This document shows positions 1 to 8,600 of a DNA stretch of 64,000 nt, in pieces; positions within the stretch are counted from its first letter, which is position 1, and the number at the start of each line of letters is the position of its first letter. The DNA is taken from assembly GCA_965212055.1 (NCBI GenBank), contig OZ243041.1, positions 484,149-548,148 of the forward strand, given 5' to 3'. The stretch comes from Fidelibacterota bacterium (GTDB lineage: Bacteria; Fidelibacterota; Marinisomatia; Marinisomatales; Marinisomataceae). The position numbers were made by a program, and so were the translations under genes. The notes below the pieces were generated by a model. The model did no database searches. It saw only the letters and a program-made list of their open reading frames with translations, and was not told where the DNA came from.

Positions 1-1
1 G

Positions 2-883
2 TTTAAAGAGAATATTAACAGGCCATTAGCAGCCATTTTAACCTTAAATACTTTTGCTCACACAATAGGAGCGGCAGGTGTTGGTGCACAAGTGTTGAAG
101 ATTGCAGCGGAAGCTGGAGTATCTGGGGAAGTTTATGTTGCAATAGCGTCAGGGATATTAACCTTCTTGATTCTAGTTTTTTCTGAAATTATTCCTAAGA
201 CATTAGGGAGTACTTATTGGAGAGGGTTAGTTGGTTCTACAGTACGATTTATTCAATTCTTAATTTGGGTAACCTATCCATTTGTTTTATTGGCTGAATT
301 TATCTCTAATTTTGGTTCTGATTCTGCTTCTGTTACAAGGGAGGAAGTAATTGCAATGGCAGAAATGGGTGAAGATGAAGGTGTTTTAGAAGAACAAGAA
401 ACAGATTTAATTGAAAATACTCTCCGTCTAAAAGATATTAAAGTTAACGACGTAATGACCCCAAGAAACGTTATATTCGCCCTTAACAAGGATATGACAG
501 TTGGACAGGTCCTAGAGGAGCATGAAACCCTAGATTTTACCAGAATACCCGTTTTTGACACAAATTTGGATAATATGATTGGTATGGTGAACCGTTATAA
601 TATCATCAATCGTAAAGCAGAAGATCAGTTCAGCACTAGAATGTCAGAGATTATTAAGGACATTCCGTGGGTAAATGAGAATGATTCCATTGATAAAGTT
701 TTAGAATTATTTATTGAAAATAGAGATCATTTATGTCTTGTTAAGGACGATTTTGACACTCTTACTGGTTTAATTACCTTAGAAGATGCAGTCGAAACAT
801 TATTGGGGAAAGAAATTGTTGATGAACATGATTCTGTTGTAGATATGAGAAATCTTGCGGAAACTAAGATAAACAACAATTAA
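2..883 (+). CDS. CNNM/HlyC-CorC-family transporter (DUF21 membrane domain + CBS pair), 5' end cut by window edge
   Basis: The frame of ORF 92..883 stays open back to nt 2 (FKENINRPLAAILTLNTFAHTIGAAGVGAQVLK). LAAIL-x-NT-x-AHT-x-GA is a DUF21 signature. The C-terminal half has two CBS-like modules (VNDVMTPR..., LCLVKDDFDTLTGLITLEDAVE). Confidence 0.8.
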   Translation, partial: FKENINRPLAAILTLNTFAHTIGAAGVGAQVLKIAAEAGVSGEVYVAIASGILTFLILVFSEIIPKTLGSTYWRGLVGSTVRFIQFLIWVTYPFVLLAEFISNFGSDSASVTREEVIAMAEMGEDEGVLEEQETDLIENTLRLKDIKVNDVMTPRNVIFALNKDMTVGQVLEEHETLDFTRIPVFDTNLDNMIGMVNRYNIINRKAEDQFSTRMSEIIKDIPWVNENDSIDKVLELFIENRDHLCLVKDDFDTLTGLITLEDAVETLLGKEIVDEHDSVVDMRNLAETKINNN

Positions 884-946
884 TCATTTGAGTTTTTAAC
901 AAAGTGTACTAAGTTCGGCACCTAATCACTAAAATAAAAATTAATT

Positions 947-1234
947 ATGGCTAAAAAACAAACATTTACTAGCAAATTAGGAAAAGACAAAAAGAAGTTT
1001 AAAGTTGTCAAATATATCCAAACCCTTCTTTCTGAGAAGACAGGACATATCAAATTTTTGTCTAGAATGATTCGTATGGAAGAAGATGAGAATATTGATC
1101 AAGCTTTAAAACGTGAAGAAGAAGAATCTTCTAATGTATTAGCATTTGGGGAACAGCCAGAGGAAGGCAGAAGAACCTGTAGAAGAAGCTCCAGGAAGAG
1201 GAAGCTGAAGAACCTCAAGAAGAACTCCAGCTGA
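947..1234 (+). CDS. small basic protein (N-terminus resembles DUF4295) whose acidic E/P/A-rich tail is interrupted by frameshifts
   Basis: MAKKQTFTSKLGKDKKKFKVVKYIQTLLSEKTGHIKF resembles the MAKK...K-x-IK-x-V-x-x-x-KTG-x-Y-x-F pattern of DUF4295 proteins (from memory, not searched). After about nt 1150 the called frame turns into R/K/S junk, while other frames read EEPVEEAP / EEAEEPQEE / TPAEETQEEAPVEEE up to a TAA at 1484-1486. Confidence 0.45.
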   Translation: MAKKQTFTSKLGKDKKKFKVVKYIQTLLSEKTGHIKFLSRMIRMEEDENIDQALKREEEESSNVLAFGEQPEEGRRTCRRSSRKRKLKNLKKNSS

Positions 1235-1290
1235 AGAAACTCAAGAAGAAGCTCCAGTAGAAGAAGAGCCAACTCCAGAAGAACCATCTC

Positions 1291-1681
1291 TGAAGAAGCT
1301 CCAGTAGAAGAAGAATTAAAAGAGGAACAACCAGCAGAGGAAACTCCAGCTGAAGAAACTCAAGAAGAAGCTCCAGTAGAAGAAGAAACACCTACTGAAG
1401 AGCCAGCAGAAGGAAGTACTCCAGAAGAAGAATCGGCACCTGAAGAAGATTCAGCTGAAAAAGCTGAAGAATCCTCCAAAGAATAATCTGAAGAGCTCCA
1501 GTAGAAGAAGAATTAAAAGCGAACAACCAGCAGAGGAAACTCCAGCTGAAGAAACTCAAGAAGAAGCTCCAGTAGAAGAAGAAACACCTACTGAAGAGCC
1601 AGCCGAGGAAGTATCAGAAGAAGAATCGGCACCTGAAGAAGATTCAGCTGAAAAAGCTGAAGAATCCTCCAAAGAATAATC
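1291..1681 (+). repeat. tandem duplication (about 198 nt + about 193 nt) of the 3' end of the acidic-tail gene, each copy ending in GAATAATC
   Basis: Copy 1 (1291-1488) and copy 2 (1489-1681) align end to end, differing by a few substitutions and small indels (tgaagaagctcc vs tgaagagctcc; aaagaggaacaacc vs aaagcgaacaacc). A 44-nt core, actccagctgaagaaactcaagaagaagctccagtagaagaaga, also occurs at about 1227. Confidence 0.85.
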
Positions 1682-1687
1682 AATTTT

Positions 1688-1775
1688 GGAGAGGTGGCTG
1701 AGCGGCTGAAAGCGCACGCTTGGAAAGCGTGTTTACGTTAATAGCGTAACGTGGGTTCGAATCCCACTCTCTCCG
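1688..1775 (+). tRNA. tRNA-Ser (anticodon GGA)
   Basis: Hand-folded cloverleaf. Acceptor ggagagg/tctctcc (one G-U). Anticodon stem cacgc/gcgtg with loop TTGGAAA. Long variable arm. T arm gtggg-ttcgaat-cccac. Discriminator G. Confidence 0.9.
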
Positions 1776-1821
1776 CGAAATATGAGACAGTTTTTATATA
1801 GAAAATGGAGTATATTAGGCC

Positions 1822-1914
1822 ATGCTAGCTATGGTATTCCTATATTATCTCACTAAAGATATTATTCTCTATATCATTATTCCCTATCTTGTAATGTGGG
1901 GGTATAATATTTAA
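1822..1914 (+). CDS. 30-aa hydrophobic mini-ORF, paralogous to the C-terminus of the next ORF
   Basis: ATG 1822 to TAA 1912-1914 gives MLAMVFLYYLTKDIILYIIIPYLVMWGYNI. It aligns with ..VVIFLYYLIRDVTLYIVIPYLVGKGF of ORF 1918..2124. It is below the ORF-track cutoff. Confidence 0.3.
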   Translation: MLAMVFLYYLTKDIILYIIIPYLVMWGYNI

Positions 1915-1917
1915 GCC

Positions 1918-2124
1918 ATGTTTAAAACATTTCTTAACGCACTAAATGACCTTCGGCTCAATACAAGAAAACACGGTTTACGGTATGCGTTAAAAGATGT
2001 TTTTAAAAAATATGGATGGAAAGCTGGAGTAGTAATATTCTTATATTATCTCATTCGAGATGTGACTCTCTATATCGTTATTCCCTATCTTGTGGGTAAA
2101 GGTTTTATTGATTCAATTAATTAA
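1918..2124 (+). CDS. small membrane protein, unknown function
   Basis: 68-aa ORF with a basic N-terminal half and one C-terminal hydrophobic helix (GVVIFLYYLIRDVTLYIVIPYLV). No family recognised. Confidence 0.4.
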   Translation: MFKTFLNALNDLRLNTRKHGLRYALKDVFKKYGWKAGVVIFLYYLIRDVTLYIVIPYLVGKGFIDSIN

Positions 2125-2612
2125 ATAATTAAATACAATACAAATATTGCTATCAGCAATGATTTCATTGATTTTCCTATTAAGTAACCTAGTGTTGTAC
2201 TTATCGCAATTTGAGTTGCTTCTTGAGAATTTTTTCCTAGATTTTTTTCATTATAATAGGTTACCAAATATGATCCTATAATCAGACCAAGGAATGTACC
2301 AATAATCGGGAGGATGAAACTACCTATAATTGCTCCAATAATTGCACCTAAGATTGACAAAAAAGCTGATGAATTTTTTCCACCTTGAAATTTTACCATA
2401 ACAGCACTCAATAGAAATTCAATAACCTCTAATACTATAAATACGATTAACATGGTTATAAGAAAATTTTCTGGTAATTCTTGATAGTTTGTAAATCGAT
2501 CAATACAGAAAATAGATACCAATAAAACAAAAGTTCCTGGAAGATTAATCCATACCAATATAATTGAAATTATAGCTATTAAAACTATTGTAATCGTTAT
2601 TACATAATCCAC
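2121..2612 (-). CDS. DUF456-family membrane protein
   Basis: 163 aa with four hydrophobic, glycine-rich helices (LPGTFVLL..., GAIIGAIIGSFILPIIGTFLGLIIGSYL), typical of DUF456. Family assignment is from memory. Confidence 0.55.
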   Translation of the reverse strand: MDYVITITIVLIAIISIILVWINLPGTFVLLVSIFCIDRFTNYQELPENFLITMLIVFIVLEVIEFLLSAVMVKFQGGKNSSAFLSILGAIIGAIIGSFILPIIGTFLGLIIGSYLVTYYNEKNLGKNSQEATQIAISTTLGYLIGKSMKSLLIAIFVLYLII

Positions 2613-2637
2613 TTATAGTTCCTTAAATATTTGATGG

Positions 2638-3375
2638 TTATTTTCTTAGCATTCCTGGTACAGAATTCATTTCAAATTCAATCTCTATTTCATCACGAAT
2701 GACCCTATCTTTAGCTGTGTCTCTTGTAGAGCGTAATTTATTCCAAAAAGAATCAGGATTATCCAGATGCATTTCAGCTCGGTATTGAACGCCAAAATCT
2801 GTTCTGTTAAATATTAAGGTTCCAGTTGCTTTTTTCACCTTTGAATCAAGGTTGATTGTTGCATTAAATGTAATAGGTTTTGTGGTAGATTTAATGGTTA
2901 AATCTCCTGTGATTTGAACATTGTATAATCCATCATTAGTTTTCCCAATTAGTTTAGATGATTTGATATCCAATGAGGCAATAGGGAAGTGTTCTACATC
3001 GAAGAAATCTCCAGATCTTAGATGACCAATAAGACGTTCTTTTTTTCCAGGATCACTTAGATCTGTATTGGTCATTGTTGCCATATTAATTTCAATTTTT
3101 CCTCCTGTCAGATTTTTATCTTCCGTCAAAAAAATTCTTCCTTGTCTAATTTTCAAGGTACCTGAATGATTGCTGACAGCGAACTTTAATCCGCCTTTCC
3201 ATTTCAGAATGCTATTTCTTCTATCCAAAATAATTGTTGCAGGAACATCATTTGAAACAAACCCTTGTTGTTTAGGCATAGCTTCTTTTCTTGGAGTTAA
3301 TTTTTGTTCTTTTAAATCTAAGCTTTGTGCGGAGATGGTAGTACATAGAACTAGTAGGTAAATTATTTTTTTCAT
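2638..3375 (-). CDS. YceI-family periplasmic lipid/polyisoprenoid-binding protein
   Basis: Signal peptide, then the YceI hallmark ..RLIGHLRSGDFFDVEHFPIASLDIKS.. and ITGDLTIKSTTKPITF. Confidence 0.8.
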   Translation of the reverse strand: MKKIIYLLVLCTTISAQSLDLKEQKLTPRKEAMPKQQGFVSNDVPATIILDRRNSILKWKGGLKFAVSNHSGTLKIRQGRIFLTEDKNLTGGKIEINMATMTNTDLSDPGKKERLIGHLRSGDFFDVEHFPIASLDIKSSKLIGKTNDGLYNVQITGDLTIKSTTKPITFNATINLDSKVKKATGTLIFNRTDFGVQYRAEMHLDNPDSFWNKLRSTRDTAKDRVIRDEIEIEFEMNSVPGMLRK

Positions 3376-3460
3376 TTGTTTCTCTTTAGTTTTTTATCAA
3401 ATAAATTGCGACGCAAAAAATTACTATATATAAACAAGTCATTCAATTAAATTTAATCTA

Positions 3461-3547
3461 GGAGGCGTGGCAGAGCGGTTGAATGCACTGGTCTTGAAAA
3501 CCAGCAAGGGCGCAAGTCCTTCGTAGGTTCGAATCCTACCGCCTCCG
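3461..3547 (+). tRNA. tRNA-Ser (anticodon UGA)
   Basis: Acceptor ggaggcg/cgcctcc. Anticodon stem ctggt/accag with loop CTTGAAA. Long variable arm. T arm gtagg-ttcgaat-cctac. Discriminator G at 3547. Confidence 0.92.
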
Positions 3548-3549
3548 CA

Positions 3550-4962
3550 ATGAATAAACCTATTGTCAGATTTGCTCCTAGCCCAACAGGATATTTGCAT
3601 ATTGGAGGTGCTAGAACTGCTCTTTTTAATTGGTTGTATGCCAAAAAACATAAGGGAACATTTTTATTGCGTATTGAAGATACCGATACAGAACGTTCTG
3701 AAAAAAAATATATTGATCAAATATCCGATGCATTAGAATGGTTAGGATTACCATGGGATGATGAAATTGTATATCAATCTTCTAATCTTGATCGCCATCA
3801 ATCTGTTGTAAACTCAATGCTGGATGACGGGACAGCCTATCGATGTTTCTTAACGAAAGAAGAACTTGATACGCTTCGTACAGAGGCAGGACAAAAAAAA
3901 GCAGTATTTCGTGTTCCAAAAACCTATCGTGATTATACATCAGAACAACAACAAGAATTGATTGATCAAGGCAAACCATTTACTGTGCGATTAAAGATTC
4001 CTGAAGGAACCACAGAATTTGATGATTTGGTGTATGGAAACATTAAGGTAAATAATAGTGATTTAGATGATTTTATTATCGCAAGATCAGATGGGCTACC
4101 TACCTATAATTTTGTAGTGACTATTGATGATTGTGATATGAATATTACCCATGTTATTAGAGGGGATGATCACTTGGCAAATACACCGAAACAAATCCTG
4201 GTTTATCAAGCACTTGGATTCAATGTGCCTACATTTGCCCATTTGCCTATGATTCTAGGATCTGATAAGAAACGATTAAGCAAACGACATACAGCAACCA
4301 ATGTTCAAGAATATCGCGATAAAGGGTATATGCCAGAGGCGATTCTTAATTATCTTTCTTTGTTAGGATGGAATCCAGATTCTGATCAAGAAATTTTTAA
4401 CCTTGATGGTTTAATCGATGGATTTAATCTAGAACAAGTTCAAAAGAAATCTGCAATATTTGACGAGAAAAAATTATTATGGATTTCTGGTCAACATATG
4501 GCAAATGCTAGTATCGATACTACCATTATAGAGCTTGAAAACTTAAAACCAGATTGGGCTACAGGGCAGACAAGTAGTTATAAAAAAGATGTTTTAAAAC
4601 TAACAAAAGAACGATCAAAAACATTGGTAGATTTAATTGAGATTTCAGAAACATTTTTTAGCAGTCAAATTTCTTATGATACAGATGTCAAAGATACAAT
4701 TTGGAATGATTCATCCAAAAAAATTGTAGAGGACTTATTAAATGCATTAACCATTGAAAATAATTGGGATAAAAAAACATTAGAATCTGTTTTTGAAAAT
4801 CTAATGAATCAACATAATCTATCTCTTGGAAAACTTATCCAACCTATTCGATTTGTTCTATCTGGACTTACCTATGGTCCTGGTATTTTTGATACGATGG
4901 TTTTGCTTGGAAAAGAATCGTGTATTAAGCGATTGGCGGCTGGATTAAAGGAATTAAATTGA
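3550..4962 (+). CDS. gltX: glutamate--tRNA ligase
   Basis: VRFAPSPTGYLHIGGARTALFNWL (HIGH motif), KRLSKR (KMSKS-type motif), 470 aa. The ATG lies 2 nt after the tRNA-Ser discriminator base. Confidence 0.95.
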   Translation: MNKPIVRFAPSPTGYLHIGGARTALFNWLYAKKHKGTFLLRIEDTDTERSEKKYIDQISDALEWLGLPWDDEIVYQSSNLDRHQSVVNSMLDDGTAYRCFLTKEELDTLRTEAGQKKAVFRVPKTYRDYTSEQQQELIDQGKPFTVRLKIPEGTTEFDDLVYGNIKVNNSDLDDFIIARSDGLPTYNFVVTIDDCDMNITHVIRGDDHLANTPKQILVYQALGFNVPTFAHLPMILGSDKKRLSKRHTATNVQEYRDKGYMPEAILNYLSLLGWNPDSDQEIFNLDGLIDGFNLEQVQKKSAIFDEKKLLWISGQHMANASIDTTIIELENLKPDWATGQTSSYKKDVLKLTKERSKTLVDLIEISETFFSSQISYDTDVKDTIWNDSSKKIVEDLLNALTIENNWDKKTLESVFENLMNQHNLSLGKLIQPIRFVLSGLTYGPGIFDTMVLLGKESCIKRLAAGLKELN

Positions 4963-5438
4963 AAAAATATAGTATTGTATTTTTAATTCTGTCTATCGTA
5001 TTTGCACAATCAACTATCCCAAATGCAAAAGTACGTTTACTAAATAATGAAACCATCGATTTACATGAATTAACTGGCGATGTTAGTTTCGTTAGTTTTT
5101 GGGCTACATGGTGCATCCCTTGTATTAAAGAAATGGATGTTTTAAGTGAATTTATTGAAGAGTATGATGACAAAGTATCTGTAATCTTAATCAATACAGA
5201 TGATCCAGGAAAAGTGGGGAAAGTAAAATCGTTTGTGAATTCAAAAAAATACCTCAAAGGAGATATTTATCATATTGTAATGGATTATAATCAGAAACTT
5301 TCTAGACGATTTAATGCCCAACCCATTCCTTTGTCTTTTATAGTTGAGAATAATAATATTATTTATCGGAAACGTGGTTTCATTCCTGGAGATGAAAACA
5401 TATTTAAGAAAGAATTAGACGCAATATTTAATGAATAA
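4959..5438 (+). CDS. TlpA/redoxin-family thiol:disulfide oxidoreductase (secreted)
   Basis: Signal peptide plus the thioredoxin-fold motif FWATWCIPC. The TTG start overlaps the gltX stop (TTGA). Confidence 0.8.
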   Translation: MKKYSIVFLILSIVFAQSTIPNAKVRLLNNETIDLHELTGDVSFVSFWATWCIPCIKEMDVLSEFIEEYDDKVSVILINTDDPGKVGKVKSFVNSKKYLKGDIYHIVMDYNQKLSRRFNAQPIPLSFIVENNNIIYRKRGFIPGDENIFKKELDAIFNE

Positions 5439-7095
5439 ACGTATTATCTCCATTTTTCTATGTACTACTTTAACTGCCCAGGTTGAATATTCAAACAATC
5501 TCAATATCCGTTATGGTGAGGGTGATAATAATTATATTTATGAGGAAATTTATTTTAATACTGGGATAACCTTAAATCGTCCAGATGATAGATTTGAAGC
5601 ATTATTTAGTTTAGAGTTGAGTAATCCCCCTGAGATTGGATTGAAGGAAGAAGGAATTCGCGAATTTTTACTTGGATATTATAATAAAAATTTATCGATT
5701 GAATTAGGAGATTTCTATGAAACATGGGGAAGGGGTCTTATTCTTAACCAAACAGATTATCAGCATTTAGATTTTAATACAGGTGCAACTGGATTAAGCG
5801 TAGGGTATGAAAAAGATTATATTTCATTAAATGTAATTGCAGGTGAGATTAATCCTCGAAAAAGTACTACTTTCCTTGGAGGCTATGATCCACGAGTTCC
5901 GAATTATATTCTTAAACAAACCTTATATGGTTCAGACTTCAGTATTGAGTCATCAGAATCAACTATGGGACTCTCTATATTATTTACAGAAGAAGAGGAA
6001 GCCCCAATCTCTAGCGTTATAGGTGGAATACGTTTTGAAAAACCTTACGACAATGGTGATTTGTTTTTATCATTTATTAGCAAAAGATCCAACCTTGATA
6101 CAGTTGATAGCGATTCAGAGACTGATAAAGGGAATGGACTTTACTTTTCTAACACAAACTATATCAAAGACTGGGCATTGACATCAAATTATAGACGATA
6201 CCGTATAGATGTAAAAGATCCGAGTATGCGAGACAATATATTGAGTAACTATGGACAAGCACTTGATGTTCAGCGTTCACCAACAGGTTATTATCAACAT
6301 AGTTTTAAGTTGCTAAGTCGAAATTCAAAACAGGTGAACTTAAATGATGAAATTGGTTTAGAATTAGAATTAATAGGCCCAATAGATGAAAACCGAACTT
6401 TGTTAGTGAACTATACAAAATCTAGCTCTACAAAAGGATGGCATAATGAATTTGGTTATTGGGAACCTGAACCTCTAACTACCACAAATGGAAATAGTAA
6501 TTCTTTGTTCCCAAGTAGCGATAAAGATTCTTATCCGTTTGATGAACTATTTATTGAGTTGAATGGATACAATAAAGCTCATACTTTATTTTATCGAGTA
6601 GGGTTTGATTATTTCTCTGATACCTTTGCTGTGCTTGCTAATTCAAACACTTCAGAATCATTTGAAGTGAATAAAGCAATTACTTTTCCATTTATGGTAA
6701 ATGTTATTTTGAACGATTTATGGAGCATTGAAGTACAGTTAGAATTACAACGTGCTAAAAAAGGATTTGAATTAACAGTAAATGATGAGTCTTCATTTGT
6801 TTCTTTATTGTCTGACAAGTATCAAGACAATATCTTTTTAGGATTTACGGTTAATCACGCACCATGGTCGCTAACAGTTGCTACAGAATCAACCAATAGC
6901 GATGAATCATCATCAAATTTTGATTCAAATACATGGAATTCAGTAGCATTAACATATAGAATTAAATCAGATAATATTTTGGAAGTTTTTTATGGATCTA
7001 TCAGAGGAGGATTAGATTGTACAAATGGGGTATGTAGGTATATCCAACCATTTAAAAATGGGCTAAGAATTGATTACAATGTTAATTTGAACTAA
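5431..7095 (+). CDS. predicted outer-membrane beta-barrel protein (possibly DUF6029-like)
   Basis: Signal peptide, alternating-polarity strands and aromatic-rich composition. C-terminal GGLDCTNGVCRYIQPFKNGLRIDYNVNL. Family name is from memory only. The start overlaps the upstream gene by 8 nt. Confidence 0.45.
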   Translation: MNKRIISIFLCTTLTAQVEYSNNLNIRYGEGDNNYIYEEIYFNTGITLNRPDDRFEALFSLELSNPPEIGLKEEGIREFLLGYYNKNLSIELGDFYETWGRGLILNQTDYQHLDFNTGATGLSVGYEKDYISLNVIAGEINPRKSTTFLGGYDPRVPNYILKQTLYGSDFSIESSESTMGLSILFTEEEEAPISSVIGGIRFEKPYDNGDLFLSFISKRSNLDTVDSDSETDKGNGLYFSNTNYIKDWALTSNYRRYRIDVKDPSMRDNILSNYGQALDVQRSPTGYYQHSFKLLSRNSKQVNLNDEIGLELELIGPIDENRTLLVNYTKSSSTKGWHNEFGYWEPEPLTTTNGNSNSLFPSSDKDSYPFDELFIELNGYNKAHTLFYRVGFDYFSDTFAVLANSNTSESFEVNKAITFPFMVNVILNDLWSIEVQLELQRAKKGFELTVNDESSFVSLLSDKYQDNIFLGFTVNHAPWSLTVATESTNSDESSSNFDSNTWNSVALTYRIKSDNILEVFYGSIRGGLDCTNGVCRYIQPFKNGLRIDYNVNLN

Positions 7096-7135
7096 ATTCA
7101 GGAAGATATGGGGGGAAACCCATAGGAGATTTACT

Positions 7136-8029
7136 ATGAATAATAAAAATATATTTTTGGGGATAATTGCTTTCGCTCTTTTTGCTTGTAGCGGAGGAGG
7201 AGATAGTGTAACTGCAACCACAGATGGCGGTGGTGGAGAAACTGGTGGAAATACAGGCGGTACGGCACAACCAGTACCAACCAAAATTTTAACTGAATTA
7301 TTTACATCAACAACTTGTGGTCCTTGTACAGCTCAAAATAATACTCTAAATAAGTACTTAGACCCTACATCATCTACATATGCAAGCGATATTGCAGCTG
7401 AATGGATTGTATTACGTTATCATGTTTGGTGGCCTGCTTCTGGAGATCCTTATTATGATTGGAATCAAAATCCAGTGATTGCGCGTGAAGGATACTATAA
7501 TGTCGGATATGTTCCTCATGCTTTTACACAAGGGATGAATGATTCTGGTTCAGGAGCATCTACATGGAGAGTACATGCAAGACAAGTAGATACTACAACA
7601 GCTATTTCTCCGTTTGATGTTCAGATGAATGTAGCATTAGATGGATATAAGTTAACTGGTACTATTACAGTAACTGCTGCAGGCGATGTAAGAAATCTTG
7701 GATTTAAATACTATATTGCTGTCACACATGATGATTCTCAATATGCTGCACCAAATGGACAAACAGTATTTCATCAAACTTTCATCGATTTCCTCAACTA
7801 TGAAACAACCACTGAAGGAATCATAAGTTGGGGTGAATCTCTTAATTTAAATTCAGGTGAAACCAAGACTACAAATATTGATTGGACGTTAAATAGTAAT
7901 TGGCCAAATGATTCTGGAGTTACTTGGTCTCCAAGTGATTTAAATATTCTTGCGTTTGTTCAATTCGATGGTGGTGGAGAAAATGATAAGAAAATCTTCC
8001 AGGTTGAAGAAATAGATTTTGGTTCATAA
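7136..8029 (+). CDS. lipoprotein with a thioredoxin-like CGPC motif (Omp28-related-like)
   Basis: Lipobox LFACSGGG, G/T-rich linker, then ELFTSTTCGPCTAQN (canonical thioredoxin C-G-P-C). Confidence 0.5.
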   Translation: MNNKNIFLGIIAFALFACSGGGDSVTATTDGGGGETGGNTGGTAQPVPTKILTELFTSTTCGPCTAQNNTLNKYLDPTSSTYASDIAAEWIVLRYHVWWPASGDPYYDWNQNPVIAREGYYNVGYVPHAFTQGMNDSGSGASTWRVHARQVDTTTAISPFDVQMNVALDGYKLTGTITVTAAGDVRNLGFKYYIAVTHDDSQYAAPNGQTVFHQTFIDFLNYETTTEGIISWGESLNLNSGETKTTNIDWTLNSNWPNDSGVTWSPSDLNILAFVQFDGGGENDKKIFQVEEIDFGS

Positions 8030-8049
8030 GTTCTCCTCGTTTTACATAT

Positions 8050-8123
8050 GCGCCCGTAGCTCAATTGGATAGAGCGTCTGGCTACGGACCAGAAGGTTGT
8101 GGGTTCGAGTCCTTCCGGGCGTA
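8050..8123 (+). tRNA. tRNA-Arg (anticodon ACG)
   Basis: Acceptor gcgcccg/cgggcgt (G1-U72 wobble). D arm gctc-aattggata-gagc. Anticodon stem tctgg/ccaga with loop CTACGGA. T arm gtggg-ttcgagt-ccttc has one U-U mismatch and one G-U pair. Confidence 0.85.
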
Positions 8124-8126
8124 CTC

Positions 8127-8600
8127 GTGTCTACTAAAATTCAAATAAATAAAATATCTCATGAAGATTGGATGCATCGTGCATTAAAACTCGCAATGCA
8201 AGCCTTTAATGCAGATGAAGTTCCTGTTGGATGTATCATTGTTCACGATAATAAAATTATTGGACAAGGATATAATCAATGTGAATCTTTAAATGACGCT
8301 ACTGCTCATGCTGAAATGATAGCAATTACTTCAGCCTCATCTACATTAGATAATTGGCGTTTAAATGAATGTGCAATCTATGTGACAAAAGAACCTTGTT
8401 CAATGTGTGCTGGAGCCATTGTAAATAGCCGTATTGATAAACTTTATTTTGGATGTTATGATGAAGAATCAGGCGCATGTGGTTCTAGGTTTGAGATTTG
8501 TGGAGGTTCTACTCCTTCTATTGTGAAGGGAAATATACTTGCCAATGAATCTTTATCTTTAATTCAGGAATATTTTATTAGAAAAAGAAAGGAAAAATAG
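8127..8600 (+). CDS. tadA: tRNA-specific adenosine deaminase
   Basis: SHEDWMHRALKLA..EVPVGCIIV..AHAEM..PCSMCAG (the H-A-E and PC-x-x-C zinc motifs of CDA-fold TadA). The track start 8097 lies inside the tRNA. GTG 8127 is the only canonical in-frame start upstream of the conserved SHE-x-WM block. Confidence 0.85.
   Translation: MSTKIQINKISHEDWMHRALKLAMQAFNADEVPVGCIIVHDNKIIGQGYNQCESLNDATAHAEMIAITSASSTLDNWRLNECAIYVTKEPCSMCAGAIVNSRIDKLYFGCYDEESGACGSRFEICGGSTPSIVKGNILANESLSLIQEYFIRKRKEK

Noticed and set aside
8097-8126. The ORF-track start of tadA at 8097 (MWVRVLPGV...)
   Set aside because: It overlaps the 3' half of tRNA-Arg. The encoded residues are just the translated tRNA T-arm and acceptor stem.
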